This document shows positions 7,886 through 17,420 of a stretch of 46,066 nt of DNA, piece after piece. The DNA lies in IMG/VR virus record IMGVR_UViG_3300007959_000032, positions 1 through 46,066 of that record; one strand, written 5' to 3'. The notes below the pieces were generated by a model. That model was not told the DNA's origin. It searched no databases and saw nothing but the letters and a program-made list of their open reading frames with translations. The position numbers and the translations under genes were made by a program. Every line of letters starts with the position of its first letter. The first letter of the stretch is position 1. This stretch comes from a virus. Taxonomy: Duplodnaviria; Caudoviricetes.

Positions 7886-10800
7886 TGTCATACAGCGATG
7901 TCACGAACGCTCGGCTGCTGCTGACTCCCGTTCACGAGACGGGCGTTGACGAGGAACAGGTCGAATACGACGACTACCTCGGGAATCTGACCTGCCGCTA
8001 CCACTCCATCAGCGGTGGCTACTCGGCTGTGGACGCGCAGTTCTTCTACGATGTCATCAACACGACGGGCGCGTCCTACGTCAATATCCAGACAGGCGCT
8101 GGATACACAGAGGTCTGGACGGGGACGGGGAACTACACCCACCCCGGCATCGAGATCAACGGCTCGACGATGAAGGTCATGGACGGCGCGACCGTCCTCG
8201 CCACCATCAACAACGTCGATTCCGCGCACTACACGGGCATCAGCGATGCGGGGACGTGGGAAGTCCAGTACGGCACCGAGTATTCGTGGACGAACCTCGA
8301 CAGCTCTGAGCAGAGCGATAGTGTGAACTGTGGCGCGGTCGGCATGGCTACCGCCTCGGGTTCGGTCAACTGCGGCGCGCAGGGAACCGAGTGGGGCAGC
8401 GGCTCGGTCAACGGCGGCGCGGTGGGCGTAGCGACCCAGAGCGGAAGTGTGAACTGCGGCGCGCAGGGCGCGGCTGGCGAATGGACGCCCGTCGGCCACC
8501 TCATCGACACCCCCGCCGACTACGGCGCGGGCAGCAACGTCGAGATAGCGGTCGCGCGGCCCGACGCGGTATTCAACGCGCTCGCCGCAGCGTGGGCGAT
8601 GAACGGCCCGCAGACGGTGGACGGCGCGTGGTACTGGAACGGCACCGTCAACGGGCATCCCTTCGCGGGCAACACGCAGCTCGCACTCGACGACCGCTAC
8701 GACTTCGTGGTGGAGGTGGTCGCGTCATGCCCGCTGTACTCGGGCGACGTGGGCTTCTACATGTACTGGGGCGAGATTCGCTACGCGCGCATCGACTTCG
8801 CCATGCAGGACCGCGATGCATGGGAACCCCCCATGCCCGCCAACGGCGTCTCGATCAACGCGAACATCACCAACCTGCACGCCTACGACGACGCCGTTGT
8901 GGTGCCTGCCGGTGCAAGCGGCAAGATGTGTATGCGCTGGACGTGGGACGCCGCCACCAGAGGGCTGAGGCTGTTCGGCAAGTCCTACGAAGGTTCGACG
9001 TGGACGGAACTCACGAAGGTCGCTGGGGTCAGCACACCCGCCACCATCGAGGAGGGTCTGCCCGCTCCTATCCTCGGCTTCTGGGACTGGTCTGACTCGA
9101 TGCACTACCTGTACCCGTCTGAAGAGGGGTACTACGAGGGACACGTCGCGCTTCACTCGCTCAAAGCCACCACGGGCGAGTTCGCCACGTTCTCCTTCGA
9201 GCCGAGCCGTTCCTCCGGCCTCGCCTCGCTGCCGTTCTGCGAGTGGGTAGACGCCGACACGGGCGCGTACACGGGCGCAGACCAGCAAGGCTACTGGTAT
9301 CCGCGCTCGGGGCACACGGGCAAGCTCTACGGCCCGTTCCTCCCCGCCGCAGACATCGCCCAGTTCCGCGTCGATATGGCGCTCTCGGGCGGCACCGCGA
9401 CGCTCACGTGGAACGACTACGACACGGGGCCGATAGGCTCGCCCGTCAGCCTGTCCGACGGTGTGAACTCCGTCGAGATACCCGAGGGCGAGTACGTCCA
9501 AGCTCTCATCACCATGCCCTATAACGCGAGCACGAAGCTCAAGTCCATCACCGCAGAACTGCTCCAGAGCACAACGGGCGGCTCGGTCAACGCGGGAGCG
9601 TATGGTGCGGAGGTCGTGACAGGCTCCGCCAACAGCGGCTCCTACGGCTGCGTCACGCAGGACGACTCAGCGGATTGCGGCTGTGTTGGTGCGGCATCCG
9701 AGAGCGGCGACTTCGTCCTCTGCGGCGCTGTGGGAGAGGCCACCGTCTCCTCCTCGGTCGACGCGGGGTGCGTGGGCGCCGAGAGCGGTTCTGGTTCGGT
9801 CGACTGCGGAGCCATCGGGACGACCGTGGCAGCCGTGGCGAGTGCGAACGTGGGGTGTGTCGGCATCGCGACGGTCGGCGGGAGCGTGTACTGCGGCGCT
9901 CGCGGCTATTCCGCCTCGGGGAGCACGGTCGGCGGTTCCGTCAACTGTGGAGCCGTGGGACTCGCGAGCGTGACGACACAATCGGGTTCCGCGAACTGCG
10001 GGTGCGAAGGCGCCACGCCAACCACTCAATCCGGTTCCGCGAACTGCGGGTGCGTGGGCGTGGTGAGCCAGTGGTGGGACGTCGGCAACGACCCCCCCGA
10101 GTGGCAGCGTGTGGAGAACCAGCCCGAGGGCTTCATCAAGATGGGCGTCTACAACACCGGTCAGGACCTCGCCGCGCTTGTGGAGTATGAGGCGCTCGTA
10201 GGACGGAAGATGGACATCTACAACGTCTTCCACGCATGGAGCGAGGACTTCGACCTCGGCCTGTTCACGGCCCTCGGACCCAGGGGCACCATCCCGATGC
10301 TGACGTGGGGCTCTGACGGCGTGACATTGTCAGCCATCGCGTCGGGGAGTCTGGACACTCGGATAATCGAGGTCGCCTCGAACCTCGGAGCGGTCGGCGG
10401 GACGGTGTGGCTGCGCTTCTGCCACGAGATGAACGGCAACTGGTATCCGTGGGGCGTGCCCTACGACAACGACGACCCTCTGGCCGCGACAAACACCCCG
10501 GCCCTCTACATCGCCGCCTTCCAGCGTGTAGCGTCACTCATGCCCGACAACGTCAAGATGGTGTGGTGCCCAAACACCCAGGGGCGGAACTCCGACGGGA
10601 CGTGGAACGCGAACTTCGCGCAGTTCTACCCCGGCGCGTGTGTCGACTACGTGGGTCTCGATGGATACAACGACGAGGACATCACGACCTGGACGACCTT
10701 CGAGGACACCTTCATCGGATGGCACGGCGCCTACACGCTTGCGGTCTCCTTCGGAAAGCCGTTCATCATCTGCGAGACATCTACGCGCTACGCCGACACC

Positions 10801-11544
10801 GACCTGTGGGTCAGGGGCATGTTCCAGTCCTTGCGGACGACGATGAGTGACACGGAAGCCGTCTGTTGGTTCAACGGCCACACCGCTCATTGGGACATCG
10901 AGGAGACGGCTGCGGGACTCGAAGCGTACAAGAGCGAAATGTGCATTCTCGACAAGGACGTGGAGATCGTCACGCTCAACCCCACGTCGGTCACGACATA
11001 CGCGACCGCGTCCGACACGTGGGCCGAGGCGGTAGCCAAGACGATCCCCGACTACACGCTGACCGATGCACTTCAGCCCTTCTCGACACTCAGGTACTCC
11101 AGCAACTACGCCGGAAACAAGTACAACATCCAGCGAGCGGTGATGGAGTTCGACCTCTCCGGTGTCTCAAGTACCCCCATCGCCTGTCTCATCGGGGTGC
11201 ATTGGATATTCTCCAACGGTCTCGGCGAGGTCACGCACCTCGGCATCGTGTCGGCCGACTCCTACGCCTCAACGTTCGAGAGCATCCACGACGTCCCCGC
11301 CCAGCCGGGGTACGCCTACACCGTCCGCGCGTTCGACTACGACCCGTCGGGAAGCACCATGCTCGTCGGGATGCGCGGCGACCACGACATGACCGGAAGC
11401 GACCCCACAGGCCCCGACTTCTCCTCGTACTATGCGACGGGCACGTACCTCCCGTATGTGAGGATGACGTGCGTGGTCGGAGGCGCGGTGTCACAATGGA
11501 CGCGAAAGACCCCCACACATGCCGATTGGAGTTCCCGTGGCTAA
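7885..11544 (+). CDS. Large putative receptor-binding/fibre protein with Cys-Gly repeats, GH26 glycoside hydrolase domain and DNRLRE-like C-terminus
   Basis: GH26 motifs WLRFCHEMNGNWYPWG, VWCPN, YPG..VDYVGLDGYN and KPFIICET (~10130-10945); RAVMEFDLS; SGSVNCGAxG repeats. Confidence 0.75.
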   Translation: MSYSDVTNARLLLTPVHETGVDEEQVEYDDYLGNLTCRYHSISGGYSAVDAQFFYDVINTTGASYVNIQTGAGYTEVWTGTGNYTHPGIEINGSTMKVMDGATVLATINNVDSAHYTGISDAGTWEVQYGTEYSWTNLDSSEQSDSVNCGAVGMATASGSVNCGAQGTEWGSGSVNGGAVGVATQSGSVNCGAQGAAGEWTPVGHLIDTPADYGAGSNVEIAVARPDAVFNALAAAWAMNGPQTVDGAWYWNGTVNGHPFAGNTQLALDDRYDFVVEVVASCPLYSGDVGFYMYWGEIRYARIDFAMQDRDAWEPPMPANGVSINANITNLHAYDDAVVVPAGASGKMCMRWTWDAATRGLRLFGKSYEGSTWTELTKVAGVSTPATIEEGLPAPILGFWDWSDSMHYLYPSEEGYYEGHVALHSLKATTGEFATFSFEPSRSSGLASLPFCEWVDADTGAYTGADQQGYWYPRSGHTGKLYGPFLPAADIAQFRVDMALSGGTATLTWNDYDTGPIGSPVSLSDGVNSVEIPEGEYVQALITMPYNASTKLKSITAELLQSTTGGSVNAGAYGAEVVTGSANSGSYGCVTQDDSADCGCVGAASESGDFVLCGAVGEATVSSSVDAGCVGAESGSGSVDCGAIGTTVAAVASANVGCVGIATVGGSVYCGARGYSASGSTVGGSVNCGAVGLASVTTQSGSANCGCEGATPTTQSGSANCGCVGVVSQWWDVGNDPPEWQRVENQPEGFIKMGVYNTGQDLAALVEYEALVGRKMDIYNVFHAWSEDFDLGLFTALGPRGTIPMLTWGSDGVTLSAIASGSLDTRIIEVASNLGAVGGTVWLRFCHEMNGNWYPWGVPYDNDDPLAATNTPALYIAAFQRVASLMPDNVKMVWCPNTQGRNSDGTWNANFAQFYPGACVDYVGLDGYNDEDITTWTTFEDTFIGWHGAYTLAVSFGKPFIICETSTRYADTDLWVRGMFQSLRTTMSDTEAVCWFNGHTAHWDIEETAAGLEAYKSEMCILDKDVEIVTLNPTSVTTYATASDTWAEAVAKTIPDYTLTDALQPFSTLRYSSNYAGNKYNIQRAVMEFDLSGVSSTPIACLIGVHWIFSNGLGEVTHLGIVSADSYASTFESIHDVPAQPGYAYTVRAFDYDPSGSTMLVGMRGDHDMTGSDPTGPDFSSYYATGTYLPYVRMTCVVGGAVSQWTRKTPTHADWSSRG
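8314..8481 (+). repeat. Four 14-aa repeats (SGSVNCGAxGxxxx)
   Basis: SDSVNCGAVGMATA / SGSVNCGAQGTEWG / SGSVNGGAVGVATQ / SGSVNCGAQGAAGE. Confidence 0.85.
9577..10065 (+). repeat. About 11 further copies of the 14-18 aa Cys-Gly repeat
   Basis: GGSVNAGAYG ... SGSANCGCEG, SGSANCGCVG; DNA GGTTCCGCGAACTGCGGGTGCG is duplicated near 9985 and 10033. Confidence 0.85.
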
Positions 11545-11770
11545 CTGCAAGCCGAAAGGCGACCCGAAGACGTACAAGGGCAAGTCTCTGAAGAAGGGCG
11601 GCGGCGGCAAGTTCGCCAAGATGGTCGACGCCATCGAGAAGAGCGGCAAGGTCTCCGAGAAGCAGGCCAAAGCCATCGCAGCATCGGCCGGCCGCAAGAA
11701 GTACGGGAAGGCTGAGTTCCAGCAGATGGCGGCCAAGGGGAAGAAGCGCGCCGCGAAGAAGGGCAAGTAG
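11537..11770 (+). CDS. Small Lys-rich basic protein (putative DNA-binding/condensing)
   Basis: GGAG RBS and GTG; AKAIAASAGRKKYG...KGKKRAAKKGK. Confidence 0.7.
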   Translation: MANCKPKGDPKTYKGKSLKKGGGGKFAKMVDAIEKSGKVSEKQAKAIAASAGRKKYGKAEFQQMAAKGKKRAAKKGK

Positions 11771-12367
11771 ATGCTGACCCCGCTCCAGTGGTCGGTCGTC
11801 AACCATATGGTCGCCTACGAACTCTCCCCGCCTGACAACCGCCTCTCGCATTCCGAGTTCGCCAAGATGGTCGGCATCTCCGAGCACTCCATCCACAACT
11901 ACGGGATGAACGCCTACCACTGCCCGAAGTGCGGCTTCAAGAGGCGCGCCAAGAAGATTCCCAACGGCTTGAACTGCGTCAACTGCGGCAAGACGGAATG
12001 GGTCGACGACGGTCCTGCATACCCCGAGTTCCGCAGCGCGTTCGAGGCGCAGATGGAGGAGGCCACCAAGACCAACGACTTCTTCGCTCTGAGGTCTCGG
12101 CAGTGGTCGCTTGAGGAGATGGTGCGCCTCTACTCCGACAAGAAGACGACCGACACGAACAAGCGCCACATCCTCAAGACCATCCACGAGATGACGGCCG
12201 ACGCGCAGCCCATCAAGCAGATCACGGACTTCGACTCCATGCCCAACGAGGAACTTGAGCGTCTGGTCTTGGGAGAGATGACCGACGCCGAGAGGTCGTT
12301 CAACGCCACCATCACAGGGGAGGTAGGATGCTTGTCATCTTCGCAGGGGTCGTCGTCGGCATCGTAG
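11771..12367 (+). CDS. Putative terminase small subunit (HTH plus Zn ribbon)
   Basis: Position upstream of TerL; HSEFAKMVGISEHSI HTH; CPKC...CVNC. Confidence 0.55.
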   Translation: MLTPLQWSVVNHMVAYELSPPDNRLSHSEFAKMVGISEHSIHNYGMNAYHCPKCGFKRRAKKIPNGLNCVNCGKTEWVDDGPAYPEFRSAFEAQMEEATKTNDFFALRSRQWSLEEMVRLYSDKKTTDTNKRHILKTIHEMTADAQPIKQITDFDSMPNEELERLVLGEMTDAERSFNATITGEVGCLSSSQGSSSAS

Positions 12368-12537
12368 TCTGTGCCGCGTTCGCCACAGGGCTCTACATCG
12401 GCTGGATGCTGAGAGACAGAAACGCCTTCGAGCGCGGAGAGGTCATCCAGGGCAATCTCATCGAGCGCCCATTGAAAGACCCCATCGGGGTAGAGGACTT
12501 CGAGCCGATGCCCGAGGACGAGCGCATCCGTGACTAG
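12328..12537 (+). CDS. Small membrane protein
   Basis: GGAGG RBS; N-terminal transmembrane helix. Confidence 0.6.
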   Translation: MLVIFAGVVVGIVVCAAFATGLYIGWMLRDRNAFERGEVIQGNLIERPLKDPIGVEDFEPMPEDERIRD

Positions 12538-14362
12538 GACGGACATACTGCGCCACCTCCTGAGCACCCCCGGTTCGATGAGCCGCAGGGAACTCATCCT
12601 CATCCTCACCGAGCGGGAGATAGAGGCTGGCAAGGGCACCCCCGAGCAGAAGCGAGCGTATGAGGAGCTGGAGTGGCGCCGTTGCGCCTCTTCGGTGGTC
12701 TACTTCCTCACGCGCTACGGTCACATCATCCACGAAGGCGTCGTGAAGAAGTGGACGCTGTGGCCTATCCAGATATGGGTTTTGGAGGACCTTGAGGCCC
12801 GCCAGTCCGTCGTCGGTGTCAAGGCACGTCAGCTCGGCATCACCACGACGGTCTCGCACTTCACGCTCTGGGACGCGCTCTTCCACGACGCGACCATCTG
12901 GGACAACATCTCTTCGAGTGAGGAGAAGGCCAAGGACATCATCAAGCGTGTCCAAGCCACCAAGGACAGGCTGCCGAAGTGGATGATTGAGCGAGCGCAG
13001 AACCGCAACAACAACGAACGCTCCTTCACCTCCCGCAAGGACAAGGCCGACTCGGTCACGCGCATCTCCTTCGGACTGAGCGAGATGAAGATCGCGACTT
13101 CGACGGTCAAGTCCATCCAGGGCGCCTCGAACAACATCAACCTCGACGAAGCCACCCTGCACACCGACCTCAAGCGCAAGCTCCAGCAGATGCAGGCCAC
13201 CTTGGATGGTTCGGGTGGTACCGGAGCCGTCATCGCCAACGGCAACGCGGAGGACGACTTCTTCTGGTTCTACCAGCAGGCCAAGCAGGGCAACAACGGC
13301 TTCAAACCCTACTTCTTCTGGTGGGGGGACGCTCCGCAAAGGTTGAGGAACGCCACCATCACGCTCGATGACGGGACGGTGTTGAAGGCCGAGCCCTACG
13401 ACGCTCTGGGGAACTGGCACTTCCCCACCCTCTCGCGCGAAGAGCTGATGGGGCACGCGGCCAACAACCGTCTCATGGCGCCGTGGTATGAGGACATGCG
13501 GCGCAAGTTCTTCAGCCAGCCCGAGAACGCGGAAGCTGACGAGTTCGCGTTCCGTGCGGTCTATCCGACAACGGAGGAAGAGGCCTTCTACATCTCGGCC
13601 TCTTCGCGGTTCTCGCTCTCGGCGATCAACCGCATCCGTGAGAGAATCGCCGCCGAGAAGACCGCAGGGACGATAGGCTACACGCCCATCAGGGGCTACA
13701 TCGAGAGGACGGCAGACAGCAAGGTCGACATCCAGCCTCACAGCAAGGGAAGGTGGCGCATCTACGAACTCCCGAAGGCGGGAGCGAAGTACGTCGCAGG
13801 AGTCGACCCTGCGGCGGGAGGTCAGGCCGGCGACTACTCGGTCATCGAGTGGTTCAGGGACTTGGGAGACCAGCACATCAAGCAGGTGGCCGTCTTCCAA
13901 GGCAAGTGCGAAGGACAGGTCCTCGCGGAGGAGTGCAAGAAGTCGGGCGAATACTACAACGACGGCTACATCGTCCCCGAGGCGAACATGGGGCACCTGC
14001 TCATCGAGCACCTGAAGGACGACTACTGGAACCTGTACCTCAGAAAGGCCAAGATAGACCGCTTCTCGAAAGCAGAACCGATGGACAACATCGGCTTCTG
14101 GGCAGACCCCGCGACCAAGCCTCGCCTCATCGGCAACCTGGCTGAATGGATAAACCTCAGTCGCATCGAACTCGTGGATTCCGAGACCGTGAATGAACTC
14201 GGCCACTACGAGATAAAGGACGACGGCATCAAGACGGGAGCGCCGAAGGGGATGCACGACGACCTCGTCATAGCGACTGCGCTTGCCGTAGAAGGTATCA
14301 TTGACATGGATTCGGTCTGTGTGACCGCCGAGATTCGCGTGCTCCAGCCGTGGGAGGAATGA
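12530..14362 (+). CDS. terL: Terminase large subunit
   Basis: Walker A KARQLGITT, Walker B INLDEA, nuclease GVDPAAG...DYS, PEAN, HDDLVIA. Confidence 0.92.
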   Translation: MTRTDILRHLLSTPGSMSRRELILILTEREIEAGKGTPEQKRAYEELEWRRCASSVVYFLTRYGHIIHEGVVKKWTLWPIQIWVLEDLEARQSVVGVKARQLGITTTVSHFTLWDALFHDATIWDNISSSEEKAKDIIKRVQATKDRLPKWMIERAQNRNNNERSFTSRKDKADSVTRISFGLSEMKIATSTVKSIQGASNNINLDEATLHTDLKRKLQQMQATLDGSGGTGAVIANGNAEDDFFWFYQQAKQGNNGFKPYFFWWGDAPQRLRNATITLDDGTVLKAEPYDALGNWHFPTLSREELMGHAANNRLMAPWYEDMRRKFFSQPENAEADEFAFRAVYPTTEEEAFYISASSRFSLSAINRIRERIAAEKTAGTIGYTPIRGYIERTADSKVDIQPHSKGRWRIYELPKAGAKYVAGVDPAAGGQAGDYSVIEWFRDLGDQHIKQVAVFQGKCEGQVLAEECKKSGEYYNDGYIVPEANMGHLLIEHLKDDYWNLYLRKAKIDRFSKAEPMDNIGFWADPATKPRLIGNLAEWINLSRIELVDSETVNELGHYEIKDDGIKTGAPKGMHDDLVIATALAVEGIIDMDSVCVTAEIRVLQPWEE

Positions 14363-16278
14363 GTAGCATGTCAGACACCGTGCGGCCGAAGGTACAGAGG
14401 TTCTCCCGCTGTCACCTCGAATCCAAGCGTTTCCGCACCAAGGAGACGACCATCCCCGACCCCTTCACAGGGCAAGACATCGAGAACCCGTGGTACTACT
14501 TCGCGCGCATGGCGAGGGGGTATCAGTGGGACTTCCTCCGTCGCAAGGCGTCGTGGGCATCCACTCCGGTCAAGAACATGATCCAGATCGCCATCGAGTC
14601 CTACACCACCATGCTCACCGACAACGACCCGATGATGACGGTCATGCCCCGCGAGGAGTCCGACGAGGCGGAAGCCGAAGTAATCAAGGCGGCCGTGAAG
14701 CACTGGTGGGACGACATCGAGGCGATGCAGACCAAGATAGCCCTCGCCGTGAAGTCCTCAAGAACCTTCTGCATCGGCTGGCTCAGGACGTATCGCGATG
14801 ACGACCATCCCCACACGGGCGTCAAAGCGGTCACCGCAGAGCATGTCTGGGTAGACCCCGACTGCACGGTGGACAACTACGACCCGCTCTGGCTCATCTA
14901 CGAGTACAAGGCCTCGGTAGCAGACCTGAAGAACTCCTACCCCAAGCCCGTCGAGGGTACGTGGGACGACTTCGACCATAAGTGGAAGAGCGGCATGTCC
15001 ACAGACAGGGTCGAGAAGGACCGCTACGAGGACAACCGTAACCCCGCCGAGACGTGTGCGGTGTACGAGTTCTGGTACAAGGACGACTCGCGGGTCAAGT
15101 GGGACGACGAAGAGACCATTCCGGGCAAGGTCGTCAAGAAGTCCAAGAAGGCCTACCCCGGCGGCAAGCGCCAGATAATCGCGGGCGGCATCGTCCTTGA
15201 GGACAAGAAGAACCCGTACGACCACAACGAGATTCCCTTCACCCCCGTCCACTGCTATCCCATCCCGAACCAGTTCTACGGCATGGGTGACGCGCAGAAC
15301 CTCATCTCGGGTCAGGTCATGCGCAACCGCATGAGCCAGTTCATCTTCGACCAGACCGTCAAGGCTGGTGGCGGTTGGCTCTTCGTCGGCGTCAACTCAG
15401 GCGTCGACTACACGAAGCTCACCAACGCGCCACTGTCTTTCGTCCCGTGCAGAGACCCCAACGCCCTTCGCCTCATCGCGCCTCCAGCTCCCGCGAGGCA
15501 CGTCTTCAACTACATCGACCTTCTCGATGCCGACCAGCAGGACGTCATGGGACTCCACGACATCTCGCAGGGAGGCACGCTCCCGTCGCACACCACCGCT
15601 CAGGCGGTCCAGGCGATGACGCAGTCGGACAGGACGCGCGTGAGGATGGCGTCGAGGTGGCTGACGTGGGCAGTGAGAAGGGTCATGCGGCAGGTCTTGT
15701 CGAACTGGGCGCAGTGGCCTGACTTCAAGTGGCTGCTGGCGATCTCGGGCAAGGACGAGGTACCCGACTCCGAGTCCGAGACAGGGGCAAGCGTCCCCGA
15801 CATCCAGTTCAAGGAGTTCGACCCGAAGGTACTGAAGTCCAAGTTCAAGTCGGAGAGACTGGCCTATGACCTCGTCATCGAGGACACGTCCATGCTCCCG
15901 ACGCTGCAGCAGGACAAGAACAACCAGCTCGCGATGTGGCTCCAGCTCCAGCTCATCACTCCCGAAGAGGCGATGAAGTTCCACCTCGTCGACATCCCGC
16001 AGGCCGACGCCATCCTCGCCCAGAGAGCTTCCAACCCCATACCTCCGGCGGAGGCGACCATGCCGCCCTCAGGAGCAACGCTTCCGCCTGAAGCCATGCA
16101 GCCCGCACCTCAGGAGATGACGGCGCAGATGCCCAACGGCGGGGCGGACATGAGTCCCGAGGAGTTCATGAACGCCATCGAGCAGATGGCCGGCGAGCAG
16201 GGAGTGACTCCCGACCAACTCGTCGCCGAGATGATGGCGCAGATGAACCCGCAGCCCACCGATACAGGGGTGATGTAG
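14359..16278 (+). CDS. Portal protein (P22-like)
   Basis: Follows TerL; ~640 aa; NPYDHNEIPF, FYGMG...Q...N motifs; Pro/Gln/Met-rich C-terminal tail; start may be 14368. Confidence 0.8.
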   Translation: MSSMSDTVRPKVQRFSRCHLESKRFRTKETTIPDPFTGQDIENPWYYFARMARGYQWDFLRRKASWASTPVKNMIQIAIESYTTMLTDNDPMMTVMPREESDEAEAEVIKAAVKHWWDDIEAMQTKIALAVKSSRTFCIGWLRTYRDDDHPHTGVKAVTAEHVWVDPDCTVDNYDPLWLIYEYKASVADLKNSYPKPVEGTWDDFDHKWKSGMSTDRVEKDRYEDNRNPAETCAVYEFWYKDDSRVKWDDEETIPGKVVKKSKKAYPGGKRQIIAGGIVLEDKKNPYDHNEIPFTPVHCYPIPNQFYGMGDAQNLISGQVMRNRMSQFIFDQTVKAGGGWLFVGVNSGVDYTKLTNAPLSFVPCRDPNALRLIAPPAPARHVFNYIDLLDADQQDVMGLHDISQGGTLPSHTTAQAVQAMTQSDRTRVRMASRWLTWAVRRVMRQVLSNWAQWPDFKWLLAISGKDEVPDSESETGASVPDIQFKEFDPKVLKSKFKSERLAYDLVIEDTSMLPTLQQDKNNQLAMWLQLQLITPEEAMKFHLVDIPQADAILAQRASNPIPPAEATMPPSGATLPPEAMQPAPQEMTAQMPNGGADMSPEEFMNAIEQMAGEQGVTPDQLVAEMMAQMNPQPTDTGVM

Positions 16279-16590
16279 GTGCCGTTCTCCGACACTCCTC
16301 CTCCGATGGTCGTACCCGATTGCCCCCAAGGACGAGAGTACGCCCTACTCAGGGTGGAGCAGGATGTCCCCTTCCGGTATTGCGACCATTTCTCAGCGGT
16401 GGTCGCTCCCGTGTACAATGATGCTGACCTGTACCGCCCGATAGCCCTTCCGCAATGCGCGAACAGGGACGCGGGCGGGGACAGGCGCCACTCGTGGTGT
16501 TATCGGTGCCCGAGCGGGTTCATGTTCGCAAGGCTGCACGTCCACGATGCCGAGCGACGGGACTACGACATGACACCGTTGCACGTCTGA
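16279..16590 (+). CDS. Hypothetical Cys-containing protein
   Basis: Abuts the portal stop; 103 aa. Confidence 0.5.
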   Translation: MPFSDTPPPMVVPDCPQGREYALLRVEQDVPFRYCDHFSAVVAPVYNDADLYRPIALPQCANRDAGGDRRHSWCYRCPSGFMFARLHVHDAERRDYDMTPLHV

Positions 16591-16720
16591 CAAACGGGGA
16601 CTGTCCATCCCCACATCACGCCCACTCTCGGAGACAGCTCGACAGCGGTCACACGCCGAATCAGGCGGTTCGTCCGCGCACCAGAGCCCAGCTTCGGGGC
16701 ACGAGCGAGAGGAGAGCACC

Positions 16721-17386
16721 ATGACGGACATTGACAGCTCCATAGAGGCACCCGAAGTCGAAGAGACGGAAGTCCTTGAGACGGAGGTCGATCTGGAAGC
16801 CGAGCGGGAACGCATCCGCGAGGAGGCCAGGGCCGAGGCGAAAGCCGAGGTAGCGAAGCGCGAGAAGGAACTCCAGAAGGGTTTCGACGAGGTCGCACGC
16901 CGCGAGCGTGAGGTCTCCACCCCGAAGGCTCCCGCTCCCGAACTCGACCCCGACGCGCAAGCAGCAGTCAAGGCTCTCATCGAGTCCGAGTACGCGCCTG
17001 TGCTCCAGCAGGCGAGCATGGCTATGGCCTCGCTCGCCGACGACAAGCTCAAGGCGTTCGCCGCCGAGAAGGGCGTCGACCCGGACACGCTTCGTGAGAC
17101 GATCTCCCAGTACAACCTCGTGACGAAGCCGGGGCTGGAGGGTGTGGACGATGCCATCAAGGCCGCGTACCGCATCCATGCAGCCACCACGTTCGACGCT
17201 ACCAAGGAGCGCGAGCGCATCCGTGAGGAACTCATCGCGGAGCAGGAAGGCGGAGTCCGTATCGAGGGCGTGCGCGAGAAGAAGGGGGCATCCGCTCCCA
17301 CTTCCACGGAGAACGTCCACGACATGAACCCCGATGAGCGGCTTGCGTACTACAAGGAGAAGTACCCCGAGATGTATCCCGACTAG
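16721..17386 (+). CDS. Capsid scaffolding protein
   Basis: GAGGAG RBS; acidic, coiled-coil; lies between portal and capsid genes. Confidence 0.75.
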   Translation: MTDIDSSIEAPEVEETEVLETEVDLEAERERIREEARAEAKAEVAKREKELQKGFDEVARREREVSTPKAPAPELDPDAQAAVKALIESEYAPVLQQASMAMASLADDKLKAFAAEKGVDPDTLRETISQYNLVTKPGLEGVDDAIKAAYRIHAATTFDATKERERIREELIAEQEGGVRIEGVREKKGASAPTSTENVHDMNPDERLAYYKEKYPEMYPD

Positions 17387-17420
17387 GGTGCCACGACTGC
17401 TCCGAAGGGAGTGAACGACT

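Noticed and set aside
9577-10065. Repeat arrays as a CRISPR array or DGR template/variable pair
   Set aside because: The repeats are degenerate, in-frame and protein-coding; no cas or reverse transcriptase gene and no adenine-specific variation.
13320-13500. Extra segment in TerL as a possible intein or intron
   Set aside because: No Cys/Ser start with His-Asn end, no LAGLIDADG motif, and the frame is uninterrupted.
12458-14257. Long minus-strand ORFs (also 28732-30717, 21391-22719, 42086-43504, 1738-2703)
   Set aside because: Antisense shadows of GC-biased plus-strand genes with clear motifs; they have no recognisable domains.
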